Below, piece by piece: positions 52,335-64,000 of a stretch of 64,000 nt of DNA; the stretch's first letter is position 1; every line of letters begins with the position of its first letter. The stretch comes from Chiloscyllium plagiosum (taxonomy: Eukaryota). The stretch covers positions 44,435,729-44,499,728 of the forward strand of contig NC_057728.1 in assembly GCF_004010195.1 (NCBI RefSeq), written 5' to 3'. Below the pieces are notes generated by a model. The model was not told the origin of the DNA. It did no database searches and was given only the letters and a program-made list of their open reading frames with translations. The translations under genes were made by a program, and so were the position numbers.

Positions 52335-52413
52335 CTATTAGCATTTTTCTCTCTTATGGTTTTGAGTTGACCTTCGTTTGCCACTGTCTTTTCACTGTCG
52401 AGTTTCAGGAAGC
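52335..52413 (-). other. Candidate 79-bp exon of an unidentified gene
   Basis: tttgtatctggtgtttcccag| acceptor, ag|gtactg donor, one open frame FLKLDSEKTVANEGQLKTIREKNAN in non-repeat DNA; no homology recognised. Confidence 0.3.
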
Positions 52414-53714
52414 CTGGGAAACACCAGATACAAAGTTAAACCATGTTAATATCATGCTAATTGACCAATTAAAAAGTTGAAATTGACAGTTTGGCTGTCT
52501 TGAGAGGGTTGCTCACATGAAGTCGAACAAAGTGGAATGATATGCAAAATTCTATGCATTAGAATATCTTGATCCAACTGCATTTTTCCAGATTTCACCA
52601 CCCACTATTACCAATTCCCAAACGCTCCAGACCCATGTGCTCACTCGCATTAAAAGTCCCACGAAATCATCGTTTAATTATTTGCTTCACATAATGTCAA
52701 TGAAATCGATATTGATAAGAAATCTGTTTTCAAACCAAAACTCCAATGACCTTAACCTCACAATGATCCTAATTTGCTAGAAAATTATTAAGTACCTTGT
52801 TTGGTTTTAGAATTGGTAAAACAAAAATTGGCAACATTAAATAATGATAGAGGTAGGAGAAAACAATATTGCCAATTGATATTTGTATACACAGAAAACA
52901 TTGCTATTTTTTCCAAAGCTCTGTTGGGCTTGCTTTATTATTTTTAATATAAGCCAGATCTCAGTGTTCAATACTTAGAAGGGTTGTCAAAACTCCAGTA
53001 TCCTAACTTATTTGCTTTCATTCTGTTTCAATGTTATATATACATGGTCAAAGCTTCACTTGTGACTTTATGGCTGTGAAAAATAGGTCTGTTTTGTTCA
53101 ATGTTCACTGCTGTACATTGCTAAGCATCCATGTCTGATTGACATGATGTACCCACTAAAGATTTACCTTAGTATGAACCTCCACAATGAAGGAGTTTTA
53201 ATAGGGACAGAATGTCTATTTTTCTACAGTAGACACTGCAAGAGAAATGAGGATCTTTTATTGAAACTTGTTCTTTACTATTCTGCCTTACTCCAGAACT
53301 TTGTAAATCTCTGCTTCTTGCAAGATGCCTTGCTACAAAATAAAACATAATTTTGAATTATTATTACCAGTAGCCCAAGAATATATAGTGACAGTGCAAA
53401 CCATCAACAAATGAAGAGCCAGCAAAGATTGGTTTTAAAAAAAGGGAAAGTCCAGTTTAATTATTTATACCAGACCAGCAGGCCAGCCCCATGATTCTCT
53501 CTGCATTGGAACATCCCAGAAAAGTTATGAAACCTTTAATCTGGGAATTATCCGTGATTTTGTTAGGCTTTTATTTCCATTTTATGAAGGAGTTATGTGA
53601 ACAAAGGTGCTTCGGAGCCTTGCTATTAATAAGGCAGTTATTCAGTGGAAGATCAATTTTGAAGGCTATAAAGGGAGGCAATGTGGTTTGGTATAGTGTG
53701 AGACTGAAAGAAAG

Positions 53715-53915
53715 TACAAGTTGCCATAGTCCCAAAGGACCATAAGCTGCTCTCTCATTAGAGGGATACCTGGTAGTGGTTTTAACCTGAGAATCAGCAT
53801 GCCTTAGGCAAGGGGTGAAGTTGAGAAGGTAGGGTGACCTCAGCCAGTATGGGAATTGAACCTGCGCTGTTGGCAAGACTCTGCATTACAAAACAGCTGC
53901 CCAGCAATTGAGCCG
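53715..53915 (-). mobile_element. tRNA-derived SINE (third family)
   Basis: Minus-strand head ggctcaattgctgggcagctg...gcaggttcaattccc; related pieces near 13435 and 52100-52190. Confidence 0.55.
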
Positions 53916-54249
53916 TGTAAGTGAAGCAGTAACCATCAAGGACAAATAAACTAGAGGAGCAGAAAGGCAAGTTCTAATTGAGTGTTCTCTCCGATTTCAA
54001 ACAGATACACACACAGTTAGGTACTGGAGTCTCAGAGTGCTGTTGTTTGCTATGGAGCTTATTAATTCAGCTTAGAGACATCCTATGAGGAGGAACATTA
54101 GAGAAAGAGAAAGGTAGAGCAAGAGGTAGCGAAGCAGCAGCATCCAGACCAAAAACACAAGTCTGGAAGACAACAGATCAGAGAACAGACGACAAAGCCC
54201 ACTAGAGAAATACTACCATTCGAAGCTCAGGCTCCTGTAACTGTTGGAG

Positions 54250-55645
54250 CAACAGCGTTATTGCAATGTGTACTTCAGAGGAGAGGTGGTCAATGAGCTA
54301 TACACCATGATGGCAGGTACTTGGATCCCAATGGGAAATTGTGGCCAAAGCCTGTCAAGTTGAGGATTATTACAGCACTGAATTTTGATGCCTGGGGATC
54401 ATTCCAGGGTCCTGATATGTGAAGATATCAGTGGCATTCCCCAGTTTGCTGATAATCAATGCATCAAGATAGTTGCCAATACCATGTTATAGAGTCATAG
54501 AGATAGACAGCTTGGAAACAAACCCTTCTCGTCTATGCCAACTAGATATCCTAAATTAATCTAGTCCCATTTGCCAGCATTTAATCTATATCCCTCTAAA
54601 CTCTTCCTATTCATCTACCTATCCAGATGCCTTTTAAATATTATAATTGTACCAGCCTCCACAACTTCCTCTGGCAGCTCTTTCCATACATGCATCACCA
54701 TCTGTGTGAAAAAGTTGCCCCTCAGGCCCCTTTTATGTCTTTCCCCTCTCAGCCTAAACCTATGTCCTCTAGTTCCAGACTCTCGCACCCCAGGGAAAAG
54801 ACCTTGTCTATTTATCCTATCCATGACCTTTATATTTTATAAACCTCTATGAGGGCACCTCTCAGCCTCCAACATTGCAGGGAAAACAGCCCTAGCCTAT
54901 TCAGCCTTTCCTTATAGCTCAAATCCTCCAACACTGGCAATATTCTTGTAAATCTTTTCTGAACCCTTTCAAGTTTTACAACATCCTTCCTATAGGAGGG
55001 AGACCAGAATTGCACACAATCTTCCAAAAGTGGCCAAACCAATATCCTGTACAGCCACAACATGACCCCCCAAATTCTATCCTCAGTACTCTGACCAATA
55101 AAGGAAAGCATACTAAATGTCTTCTTCACTATCCTATCTACCCGAGACTCCATGTTAAAGAAGATCAGCCAGCGTGTGCATTGTTTCAAAATTAAACAGA
55201 GAGGGTAATATGATATAGTGGCCATCAAAGTTCCTACAGATCAGGCAACAATCATCACGAACAGGAAGAATTTCCACTTGCTCAGTGCAAAGATGGTCTG
55301 CACCTCCTGCAAACTAATCCTTCAGAACCATGCAAGGTTTCTGAGAAGCTGCTATGCCAATTACACAATGAAGTATTTCTCGCTAATTCAGGCCTCTTGC
55401 ATCTTCAAGGATGGATACTGGCTGATAAGTGAGTTGGTGACTTACACTACTTAGGAACCTAAGCCCCAGGGCAGAGGAGAATGACACCAGCTTCTATGGC
55501 ATTTGAGCAGTAACTCAGCAGATGATAGGCTTTCTGAAAATGCAGTTTTAATCCCTCAATAGATCTGGTAAGAACCTTTTATCAGACTCCAGCAAGGGTC
55601 TTGCAGTCATGGAGTTGCTATGTGCTCTGCACAACCTGGTGAAAG
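54250..55645 (+). pseudogene. PIF/Harbinger transposase relic split by a CR1 insertion
   Basis: VKLRIITALNFDAWGSFQG, DISGIPQ, VAIKVPTDQATIITNRKNFHLLSAKMVC..ARFLRSC, DGYWL, IGFLKMQF*SLNRSG, ALHNL. Confidence 0.85.
54490..55152 (-). mobile_element. CR1 3' end
   Basis: ORFs 54615-55228 encode the CR1 RT C-terminus; tail atagagtcatagag. Confidence 0.95.
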
Positions 55646-55941
55646 AGGGGAGAACCTTTAAACAATGGAGCTTGATATCTCCACTAAAGCTGCAGATTTG
55701 GAAGGAAATATGATGAGGTTCCCCAAGCTAAAGACCCTGAGGTTGAATTGGCAAGAGAAAATGAGATATGTGGAAGGAAACTATATGACTGGCTATAATC
55801 GGCAAGTTTCATATGAATCTTACATGTGTATCCAGTCAACTTTCACAGGCCTGTTTCTGTTTCCTTGAATTCCTGTTACCATTTCCTCACACTCATTATC
55901 ATATGAAGCCAAAGGATGTGAAAGACATTGACTTCATTTAC

Positions 55942-56722
55942 TGTGACCCTTTGCAGTAGCTGGCTGTGGCCAGAAGGGCTGCTCAAAATGATGGACGTAT
56001 GATACATTTAGCAAGAATGGACAATAGTTGAGGCATGCTGGGAGGTTGGGGCAAGCCTTGAGCAAAGTGGCTGTCCTAATAAACATGCCGCAGAATCCAG
56101 ACAGGCTGCAGCTACCAAGACAATATGTAATCAACCCGGTAGCTGCAGAGAACACAAGACACACCCGAATTTGGGTTTGACAAGAGTCAACCGGAGTGCC
56201 CTCCTCAGAGCAATCAGAAACATTGGGGTGTGTACCAGCCATGGGTTCATGCCTCACATCCTTATTTGGAGGGGGCTACGAGCGCCCAACAGCTCCAGGA
56301 ATGGATGCCTAAAGACCACCTTGCATCTGATCGATCAGGATGATCAAGCCCTGACCGATCTATTGGAGGCTATTGAATACTCTCCCAAAAGGGTGCGAAC
56401 AACTACAGCGTATAAGAATCGCTGCAACACCATCCTCAGGAACGGTAACTTGAGACCAACCACTGTGAAGAGAAGACACCCCTGAGACCATTGGGAGAAG
56501 ACCAGATGACCATCACCATGTGGATCAAAGCCAAGATTTAGTGTGGTGGCATATGAAAACCCAGAGTTAAGTTAAAGCACTAGATTTGTAGTGTAAATTG
56601 TTAGTTTATAGTATATTTTGTTGTTATAGTATTAATTGTGTCAAATAAATGAATATTATTGTTGAATATTATTGAGTTGACTAATATAAGAGTTAAAACA
56701 TACCATGTGGCAGGTGTGCAAC
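55942..56722 (+). mobile_element. Possible solo LTR
   Basis: tgtgac...gcaaca ends, GC-richer body, AATAAA ~56643; no convincing TSD. Confidence 0.35.
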
Positions 56723-56747
56723 ACAGCCAACTGTTAATGACCAAGCC

Positions 56748-56940
56748 AGAAACTTCTAAAGAAACTCAGCAGAGCTGGCAGCAACTGTGGAGAGAAGGCA
56801 GGGTTGATGTTTCAAACATCAGAACTGAAGAAGGGTGACTGGACCCAAACTGTTGATTTTGCTTTCTGTCCACAGATGCTGCCAGACCTGCTGAGTTTGT
56901 CCAAATATTTCTGCTGTTGTTTCAGAATACCAGTGCTTTG
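56748..56940. mobile_element. PLE terminal fragment with inverted halves
   Basis: agaaactcagcagagctggcagc / gctgccagacctgctgagttt; degenerate ctgaaga..gggt..accc. Confidence 0.6.
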
Positions 56941-57884
56941 TTTATGTTAATGATCCAGTAGTGTTTAAAAAAGTAAAGCTTTTTATTGAAATGGTCCACC
57001 ACTTGAGAATCCATTGAAGACACATAGACAGCAAAGAGAAGTTTTGTGTAAAAATCTAACTGCATGAAATGCGGATGTATCTTATTGGACTTTTCTTGCA
57101 CTTAACGTGCTCTTACATAGTAGCAGGAACAAAAATCAGACTGAAATCCGCCTTAAATGTCATTTTTTTTATTTAGTGTAGTGGTCTTTTACTTAAGACT
57201 AAGCAAACAATACTTCCAGTTTGGTTTTTACAATAAAACAACAGTTTATTACACAAGAAATATGAAGGTTAAAATAGAACAAACTACACTATTGACATTC
57301 AATCATTAAAATGGCAAATTATTTTCCCATCTATCCCAACAGCACCACTTTACAGTATGAAAGGCAAGAGAGTTCCCTTTTCTGATACATCAAGTTAATT
57401 TAATATTCCTTTCAATTCCCAGACTTGAAAACGTGATAGCTTGTTCTTTGATTATTTGCACAACTTAAGCTTAAACTTTCTTAGCTGCAAATAAACACTT
57501 CTGATCTGGAATTTTCAAAATAAAACTCTTTTCTCCAGGAGAAACTGCTCTTACATCTGACATCTTCTGCAAATAGGCCTAAAAGCTAGGGTTGTTTTCC
57601 TAAATATAAATCAATTCTCAATCCTCTTGAACTAAGAGCAAGTTAATACTTTTTAAGTTTTGCTGTTTCTGATCATAAAGCTCACAAAACAGACAAATTT
57701 CTATTAACTCCTGGTTAGCTGCTCTCTGACATGTATTGGTTTAAATTCATGTCTCCAGAATGACTAACAAGTTGATTATTAAAACCCTCGCACATAAAAA
57801 TTCAAACTCACATGCCACTAGTTAAAAATTCAAGCTTTAAAATAAACAATATGAGTTTGGATAAATCACACACATTACATCACA

Positions 57885-58140
57885 ATAGAACATATGAAAT
57901 AGGACCAGAAGTAAACCATTTGGCTGCTTGAGGCTGCTTCATCATTCAATAAGATCATGTCTGAAGTATTTATGTTTTAAATTTCACATTCCTATGTATC
58001 AGCCATAACCCCAGATTCCCCTACCAAGAAGAATCTATCCACCTCTGCATTAAAAAAATATTCAGTGGTCCCTCATAAGCCACAGAGAAAAAAAACTCAT
58101 TATCTCTGGCCTGAAATTTTAAAATAGTGCCCCTGAGCTA
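57885..58140 (-). mobile_element. Old CR1 3' tail
   Basis: atagaacatatgaaataggaccagaagtaaaccatttgg..cattcaataagatcatg. Confidence 0.6.
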
Positions 58141-58521
58141 TGGACTGACCACAGGCTGATCCAGTCTTATCAATATTCTCTCAGTTGCTTGAGCTTTCTC
58201 ACAGATCCTTCCATTACTTTTTAAAAAACATTAATTCATAAAATGTGTGTTTAACTGGTTAAGCGAGCATTTATAGCATATAAATGATCCACACCCCCCC
58301 CAACCCCTCCTTGAAGAAGATGTGACAAATTGCCTTGAACTATTGCAGGAAATCACTACATAAACAAGGGATGCTGGCTGCCTTTTAAAGATGGAGCCAG
58401 AACTTGCCACCTAGCTGCCTGGTCCAAAGAATATCATGATCCTGTTCCATCCACCTGCTTTCAATGCCAGCAGTAGGACTTGCTTGTTTCAAGTAAAGTC
58501 CCAGCCTTACAGACCAATGCA

Positions 58522-58850
58522 TTTTCACTTGTTACTGAAATTTGGTATAAAGTGCAAATCATCGTTTCATAGAATTTTGTTAAAAATGATTAGTGCATAG
58601 ACACGCACTAAAAACTAAGATGATATTTATAGATAATAGACCTTATAAATCAATGCTTCATTTTTAAAATGAAATTATAGTTAACCTTTTGAAAATTTAT
58701 AGGATCACCATTTAACTACTGCACAAATAAATTTGATTACATTTAATCTTAGTTTTTATGACCACAGATGTCTATGCACTAATGTTTTCAAACAAAATTC
58801 TGTGATACAATGATATGCAGTCCACACAAAGTTGGAAGTTGCAGTGAAAT
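58522..58850. repeat. AT-rich imperfect palindrome (core arms ~58553-58621 and ~58747-58819)
   Basis: agaattttgtt..attagtgcatagaca..taaaaactaagat / atcttagttttta..tgtctatgcactaat..aacaaaattct. Confidence 0.8.
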
Positions 58851-59239
58851 CAGAGAAGTTCATATATTACAGAATGACTTAGGTCAAATGTATGAGTTGG
58901 CAGAATAAGGATGGTTGGTATTTATTGCAGATAAAATTAAACTACTGCATGCATGAAAAAAAAATATGCACCTGTTGAAATAGTTAGAGAGGAAGTTGAA
59001 AGAAATTGGAAATCTTAATAAATTTGATGTCAAACATCTGGACTTTTTCATTTCTGCATTCATCCTGGCTGGTCATGTTAATGGGTGAAGAATCATGAAC
59101 TGGCAAACACAAGCTTGGAAAATGTTGGCTTACCTGTCTCACCAATGTAGAACAACAAAAAAAAGCAATAAATATAATGTTGAACTGCGTCACCAAATAT
59201 AATATAAGAATACAAGTCAATGGAAGTTGTGTTGAGACA

Positions 59240-59660
59240 GTATAGTAGCTATTGGGAGAAGCTGAATAGGCTGGAACTGTTTTCCCTGGAGTGTCAGAGG
59301 CTGAGGGGTGACCTTTTTGAGGTTTATAAAGACATGAGGGGCATAGATAGGGTAAATAGACAAGGTCTTTTCCCTCAGGTGGGGGAGTCAAGAACTAGAG
59401 GGCATAGGTTGAGGTTGAGAAGGGAAAAAAAATTAAAGGGGACCTCTGAGGCAACTGTTTCATGCTGAGGATGGTGCATGTATGGAATGAGCTGCCAGAG
59501 GGAGTGGTAGAGGCTGGTACAATTACAACATTTAAAAGGCATCTGGATGGGTATATGAATAGGAATGGTTTAGAGGGATACGGGCCAAGTGCTAGCAAAT
59601 GGGACCATCATAGTTTAGGATGTCTAGTCAGTATGGATGTGTTGGAGTGACAGGTCTCAC
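59240..59660 (+). mobile_element. CR1 3' end
   Basis: EKLNRLELFSLECQRLRGDLFEVYK..VHVWNELPE. Confidence 0.9.
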
Positions 59661-60459
59661 AAAGACAATGTGAGAAATTCTGGTGCTGGAGACTATTCAT
59701 TCAGGATCTATAAGGCTGATGCAGAGCATTGAAGGTGTACATTCCAAGAAAAGGCTGAAGAAGCTTTGGAGTTTCAACCTGTGAGGCATTCTTCGAGAGG
59801 TATATAAGATAATTCAGAGAATTGTCATGAACATTCATGATGTTATGTTTTCAAAAACCAAACCATTTTTAAAATGGACACAAGAAGCTTTAAAAGAAAT
59901 AGCTGATAAGAGTCCTTTACTTCTCTTGTGGAGAACTATAATTGGTCTGATGGAGGAACCATTCAGTACTATGAGGCTTGTAATGGATATTTGAAATTCA
60001 AAGAGCCTCAGACATCAACATTAAAATTGCTAAAAGTGTGAGAATTGATATCTTCACTGTTGCTATCAGGAAAAATCTGTCCAAAGACTACAAACTAACT
60101 ATCTTCCTGGTGTTGTTTGCAATGAAAACCTGCTGAAAGTTAAGATAGAAGCTAACTCAATTTTGAACTCTATAAAGTCTGGCTAGGAACAGTTATTTTG
60201 TGCAGAAATCACAGGAGAACCAAGAAAGACAGTTCTATGCCATAGCTCTCAGCTGAAATAACTGTGAACAGCATGTGGGCATTGAATTTTCTCACTGTCA
60301 CCAGGAATTACAGAGGATGGTGTTTAGAAATCATCCTTCCTCTGCTTAAAGAACTCTCACACAATCTTAAGCATTTTGCTGACAGAGCCAGGCAGGGAAA
60401 GGAATCTTCACTCATCCCACAAGCTGCTGTATCTGCTGAGTTGCCAATAAATTCTATTT

Positions 60460-60700
60460 GATTCTTTCTCATGGTTGAGGATGGCTTGCTTTCACACTAA
60501 CATTGAGTTCTCAGATGGCCAAAGTGTCCAATGTATAACCTATAGCTGGGGCAGACAGTGGTTGTGGGATGCCTGGATTACTGCATTGGTCTTTCTCTGC
60601 TGGTGCTTGCCTATGAGCAATGACACTCAATGTTCACAAATCCTTTCCAGATGCTTTTCCTCCACTTTGGGTGGTCTTATGCCAGGCACTCCCAGTTATA
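60460..60700 (-). mobile_element. RTE-clade LINE C-terminal fragment
   Basis: WECLA*DHPKWRKSI matches the RTE motif WE.LA.DR..WR. Confidence 0.6.
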
Positions 60701-60705
60701 GAAAG

Positions 60706-61768
60706 TGATACGACATGGGGCTACATCCTGCTAATGTACACCAGATACACAGAAAAGCTCACCTTACACCATAATCTGTTAAAAAGAGCTATCCCAAATA
60801 TCACTATTTAAAGAAACATTTAACAATTTTATTCATTAAGTTCAAAAGAGAACATTAAACAACAACTATTTATAACTCTTTTCTCTTAAACCTATTTCTA
60901 CCTCCTACTCTACAACACTGGTCTGATAAATTCCCTCGCATATTTACGGCAAATCAATTTCAAACCCAGTTGTCATCTTCGGGTGTCAAGCTTTTTCTGT
61001 AGATTTCTCTAGGTTGGCTTCAGTCTTCTGCTGAACAAATTTTTTATAGACAGGTATCTTTCAGAGAGCTATTCTCTTGACTGTTATGTTGCTGCTGCTT
61101 GGCAGCTCTTTGCTGTTCTCACTCTAACTGTTCAAAATGTCTGATTTTATACTCGTAAACATCAGATCATTTCATTGGTTTGATATCACCCAAACAGTAA
61201 AATTCAAATTCGATTGGATTTTGGTATCTGGGGCATAAGTTAAACGGGTTGGCTGAATTTGATTTTGTTTTTGTACCATGGCAACATAGCTCCAGCTATT
61301 TGTTTCAAACAAATGTTACATTTTAAACTTTTTCAGCACACTCTGTGCCCTCTCTTGGTCTGTGCCAGCTTCCACTCTTTCTTAAAGGTACAGGACATAT
61401 AGAGTCATAGAGTCATAGAGATGTACAGCATGGAAACAGACCCATCAGTCCAACCCATCATTACCAACTAGATATCCCAACCCAATCTAGTCCCACCTGC
61501 CAACACCCTTCCCCTATTCCACCAAACCCTTCCTATTCATATACACATCCAAATGCCTCTTAAATGTTGCAATTTTACCAACCTCCACCACTTCCTCTGG
61601 TAGCTCATTCCATACACATACCACCCTCTGAGTGAAAAATTACCCCACAGGTATCTTTTATATCTTTCCCCTCTCACCCTAAACCTACGCCCTCTAGTTC
61701 TGGACTCCCCAACCCCAGGGAAAAGATTTTGCCTGTTTACCCTATCCATGCCCCTCACCTTCATAACA
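60706..61768 (-). mobile_element. Solo LTR with a CR1 3' fragment (61398-61757) inserted near its end
   Basis: tgatacgacatgggg ... cttaaaggtacag [CR1] ccttcataaca; RTE flank resumes afterwards. Confidence 0.5.
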
Positions 61769-61784
61769 ATTGGGATGTTGCACT

Positions 61785-63458
61785 TAGAGTCATAGAGTCA
61801 TAGAGATGTACAGCATGGAAACAGACCCTTCGGTCCAACCTGGCAATGCCGACCAGATATCCCAACCCAATCTAGTCCCACCTGCCAGCACCCAGCCCAT
61901 ATACCCATCCAATGCCTCTTAAATGTTGCAATTGTACCAGCCTCCTCCACTTCTTCTGGCAGCTCATTCCATATACGTACCACACTCTGCATGAAAAAGT
62001 TGCCCCTTAGGTCTCTTTTATATCTTTCCCCTCTCACCCTAAACCTATGCTCTCTAGTTCTGGACATCCCGACCCCAGGGAGAAGAATTTGCCTTTTTAT
62101 CCTATCCATGCCCCTCATAATTTTGTAAACATCTATAAGGTCACCCCTCAGCCTCCGACACTGCAGGGAAAACAGCCCCAGCCTGTTCAGCCTCTCCCTA
62201 TAGCTCAAATCCTCCAACCATGGCAACATCCTTGTAAATCCTTTCTGAACCCTTTCAAGTTTCACAACATTCCAGTAGTGGCCTAACCAATGTCCTGTAC
62301 AGCCGCAACATGACCTCCCAACTCCTGTACTCAATACTCTGACCAATAAAGGAAAGCATACCAAATGCCTTCTTCACTATCCTATCAACCTGCAACTCCA
62401 CTTTCAAGGAGCTATGAACCTGCACTCCAAGNNNNNNNNNNNNNNNNNNNNNNNNNNNNNNNNNNNNNNNNNNNNNNNNNNNNNNNNNNNNNNNNNNNNN
62501 NNNNNNNNNNNNNNNNNNNNNNNNNNNNNNNNNNNNNNNNNNNNNNNNNNNNNNNNNNNNNNNNNNNNNNNNNNNNNNNNNNNNNNNNNNNNNNNNNNNN
62601 NNNNNNNNNNNNNNNNNNNNNNNNNNNNNNNNNNNNNNNNNNNNNNNNNNNNNNNNNNNNGACATGATTTCATACGCACATAGCCATGTTGACTATCCTG
62701 AATCAGTCCTTGCCTTTCCAAATACATGTACATCCTGTCCCTCAGGATTCCCTCCAACAACTTACCCACCACCGAGGTCAGGCTCACCGGTCTATAGTTC
62801 CCTGGCTTGTCCTTACTGGCCTTCTTAAACAGTGGCACCACGTTTGCCAACCTCCAGTCTTCTGGCACCTCACCTGTGACTATTGATGATACAAATATCT
62901 CAGCAAGAGGCCCAGCAATCACTTCTCTAGCTTCCCACAGAGTTCTCAGGTACACCTGATCAGATCCTGGGGATTTATCCACCTTTACCCTTTTCAAGAC
63001 ATTCAGCACTTCCTCCTCTGTAATCTGGACATTTTGCAAGATGTCACCATCTATCTCCCTGCAGTCTATATCTTCCATATCCTTTTCCACAGTAAATACT
63101 GATGCAAAATATTTAATTAGTTTCTCCCCCATTTTCTGTGGCTCCACACAAAAGCTGCCTTGTTGATCTTTGAGGGGCCCTATTCTCTCCCTAGTTATCC
63201 TTTTGTCTTTAATATATTTGTAAAAACCCTTTGCATTCTCCTTAACTCTGTTTGCCAAAGCTATCTCACGTCACCTTTTTGCCCTCCTGATATCCCTCTT
63301 AAGTATACTCCTACTTCCTTTATACTCTTCTAAGGATTCACTCGATCTATCCTGTCTATACTTGACATATGCTTCCTCCTTTTTCTTAAACAAACCGTCA
63401 ATTTTTTAGTCATCCAGCATTCGCTATACCTACCAGCCTTTCCTTTCACCCTGACAGG
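61785..63458 (-). mobile_element. Young CR1 (HER1-like) ORF2 spanning a gap
   Basis: Long open RT frame KVDKSPGSDQVYLRTLWE..VPEDWRLANVVPLFKK..PGNYRPVSLTSVVGKLLE..SQHG; 3' tail at 61785. Confidence 0.95.
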
Positions 63459-63676
63459 TAATAATCATCACCAAAGAGAGAAAATCTAACCATTGCTTCT
63501 TGACAGTACCATTAACATGCCAGATCTCCAACGATCAACATCTTGGGATTATCATTGGCCAGAAATGGATTCAGACCAGCCAAATATATAGTGTCTACAA
63601 GAGCAGTTAGAAGCCAGAAATTCTGCAGTGACCAACTCATTTTCTGACTCCCCAAAACCTCCCTATTATCTACAAG

Positions 63677-64000
63677 TGTGACAATGCTATTCCTTTAACA
63701 ATATTAGGTTGTCCTAGGGTTTTTTTCAGATGGGTCATAAAGACAGAGGCTCTGTTTTGTCTGCGTTTACCTACATGAAGAAACTTTTAATTTTAATAAA
63801 ATTGTAAAATGGAAGAGGAGTGGCCATTTCTCCCAGCTCAGCTTTTCACTGGTTTGGTTTGGTTTGATTTTAGCAGTCTGGCTGTTCAGAGCAAGTGGTC
63901 AGTTTTTTGAGGCCTCTGGTCTAAGAAACAGCTGCATGGAAAAAGGTATTCCATGCTGAATCTCTCTGCCATCTCTCTCTCGATATCTCTCTCCTGTAAG
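63677..64000 (+). mobile_element. LTR 5' portion running off the window
   Basis: Begins tgtgacaatgctattccttta, interrupting a LINE; resembles the reverse complement of the 12426-12581 LTR end. Confidence 0.55.

Noticed and set aside
54250..55645. Domesticated HARBI1 host gene
   Set aside because: Multiple stops, frameshifts and a CR1 insertion; treated as a dead Harbinger transposon
58984..59200. Possible exon around cttacct (59128)
   Set aside because: Splice signals are ambiguous and the peptide is unrecognisable; the annotated ORF begins in antisense CR1

Overview
Eukaryotic, repeat-dense vertebrate DNA with three assembly gaps (24166-24584, 41402-41688, 62432-62660). The repeat spectrum (HE1/V-SINEs, HER1/CR1 LINEs with (GACTCTAT)n tails, a SacSINE1-like Deu-SINE, Penelope-like elements) points to a shark, probably a carpet shark (inference). 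Most of the window is nested, decayed mobile DNA: CR1, L2, Rex1 and RTE LINEs, Penelope ends with minimal hammerhead ribozyme motifs, solo LTRs and Gypsy gag relics, two Harbinger transposase pseudogenes and a pogo/Tigger-like element. The only recognisable host coding sequence is one 199-bp minus-strand exon matching the penultimate coding exon of ALG6 (31680-31878); I found no other ALG6 exon. Best leads: (1) a solo LTR hit 4-5 times at the same 14-bp TATA-box site by poly(A)-tailed inserts, suggesting an LTR-promoter-targeting retrotransposon; (2) the orphan ALG6 exon, whose splice donor was duplicated by a Penelope-type insertion; (3) a composite retroelement with a 45-bp GNRA-hairpin VNTR and a Rex1-like tail; (4) a Penelope-associated inversion/duplication; (5) intact-looking minimal hammerhead ribozymes. 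All family names come from pattern recognition, not database searches, and boundaries of old repeats are approximate.
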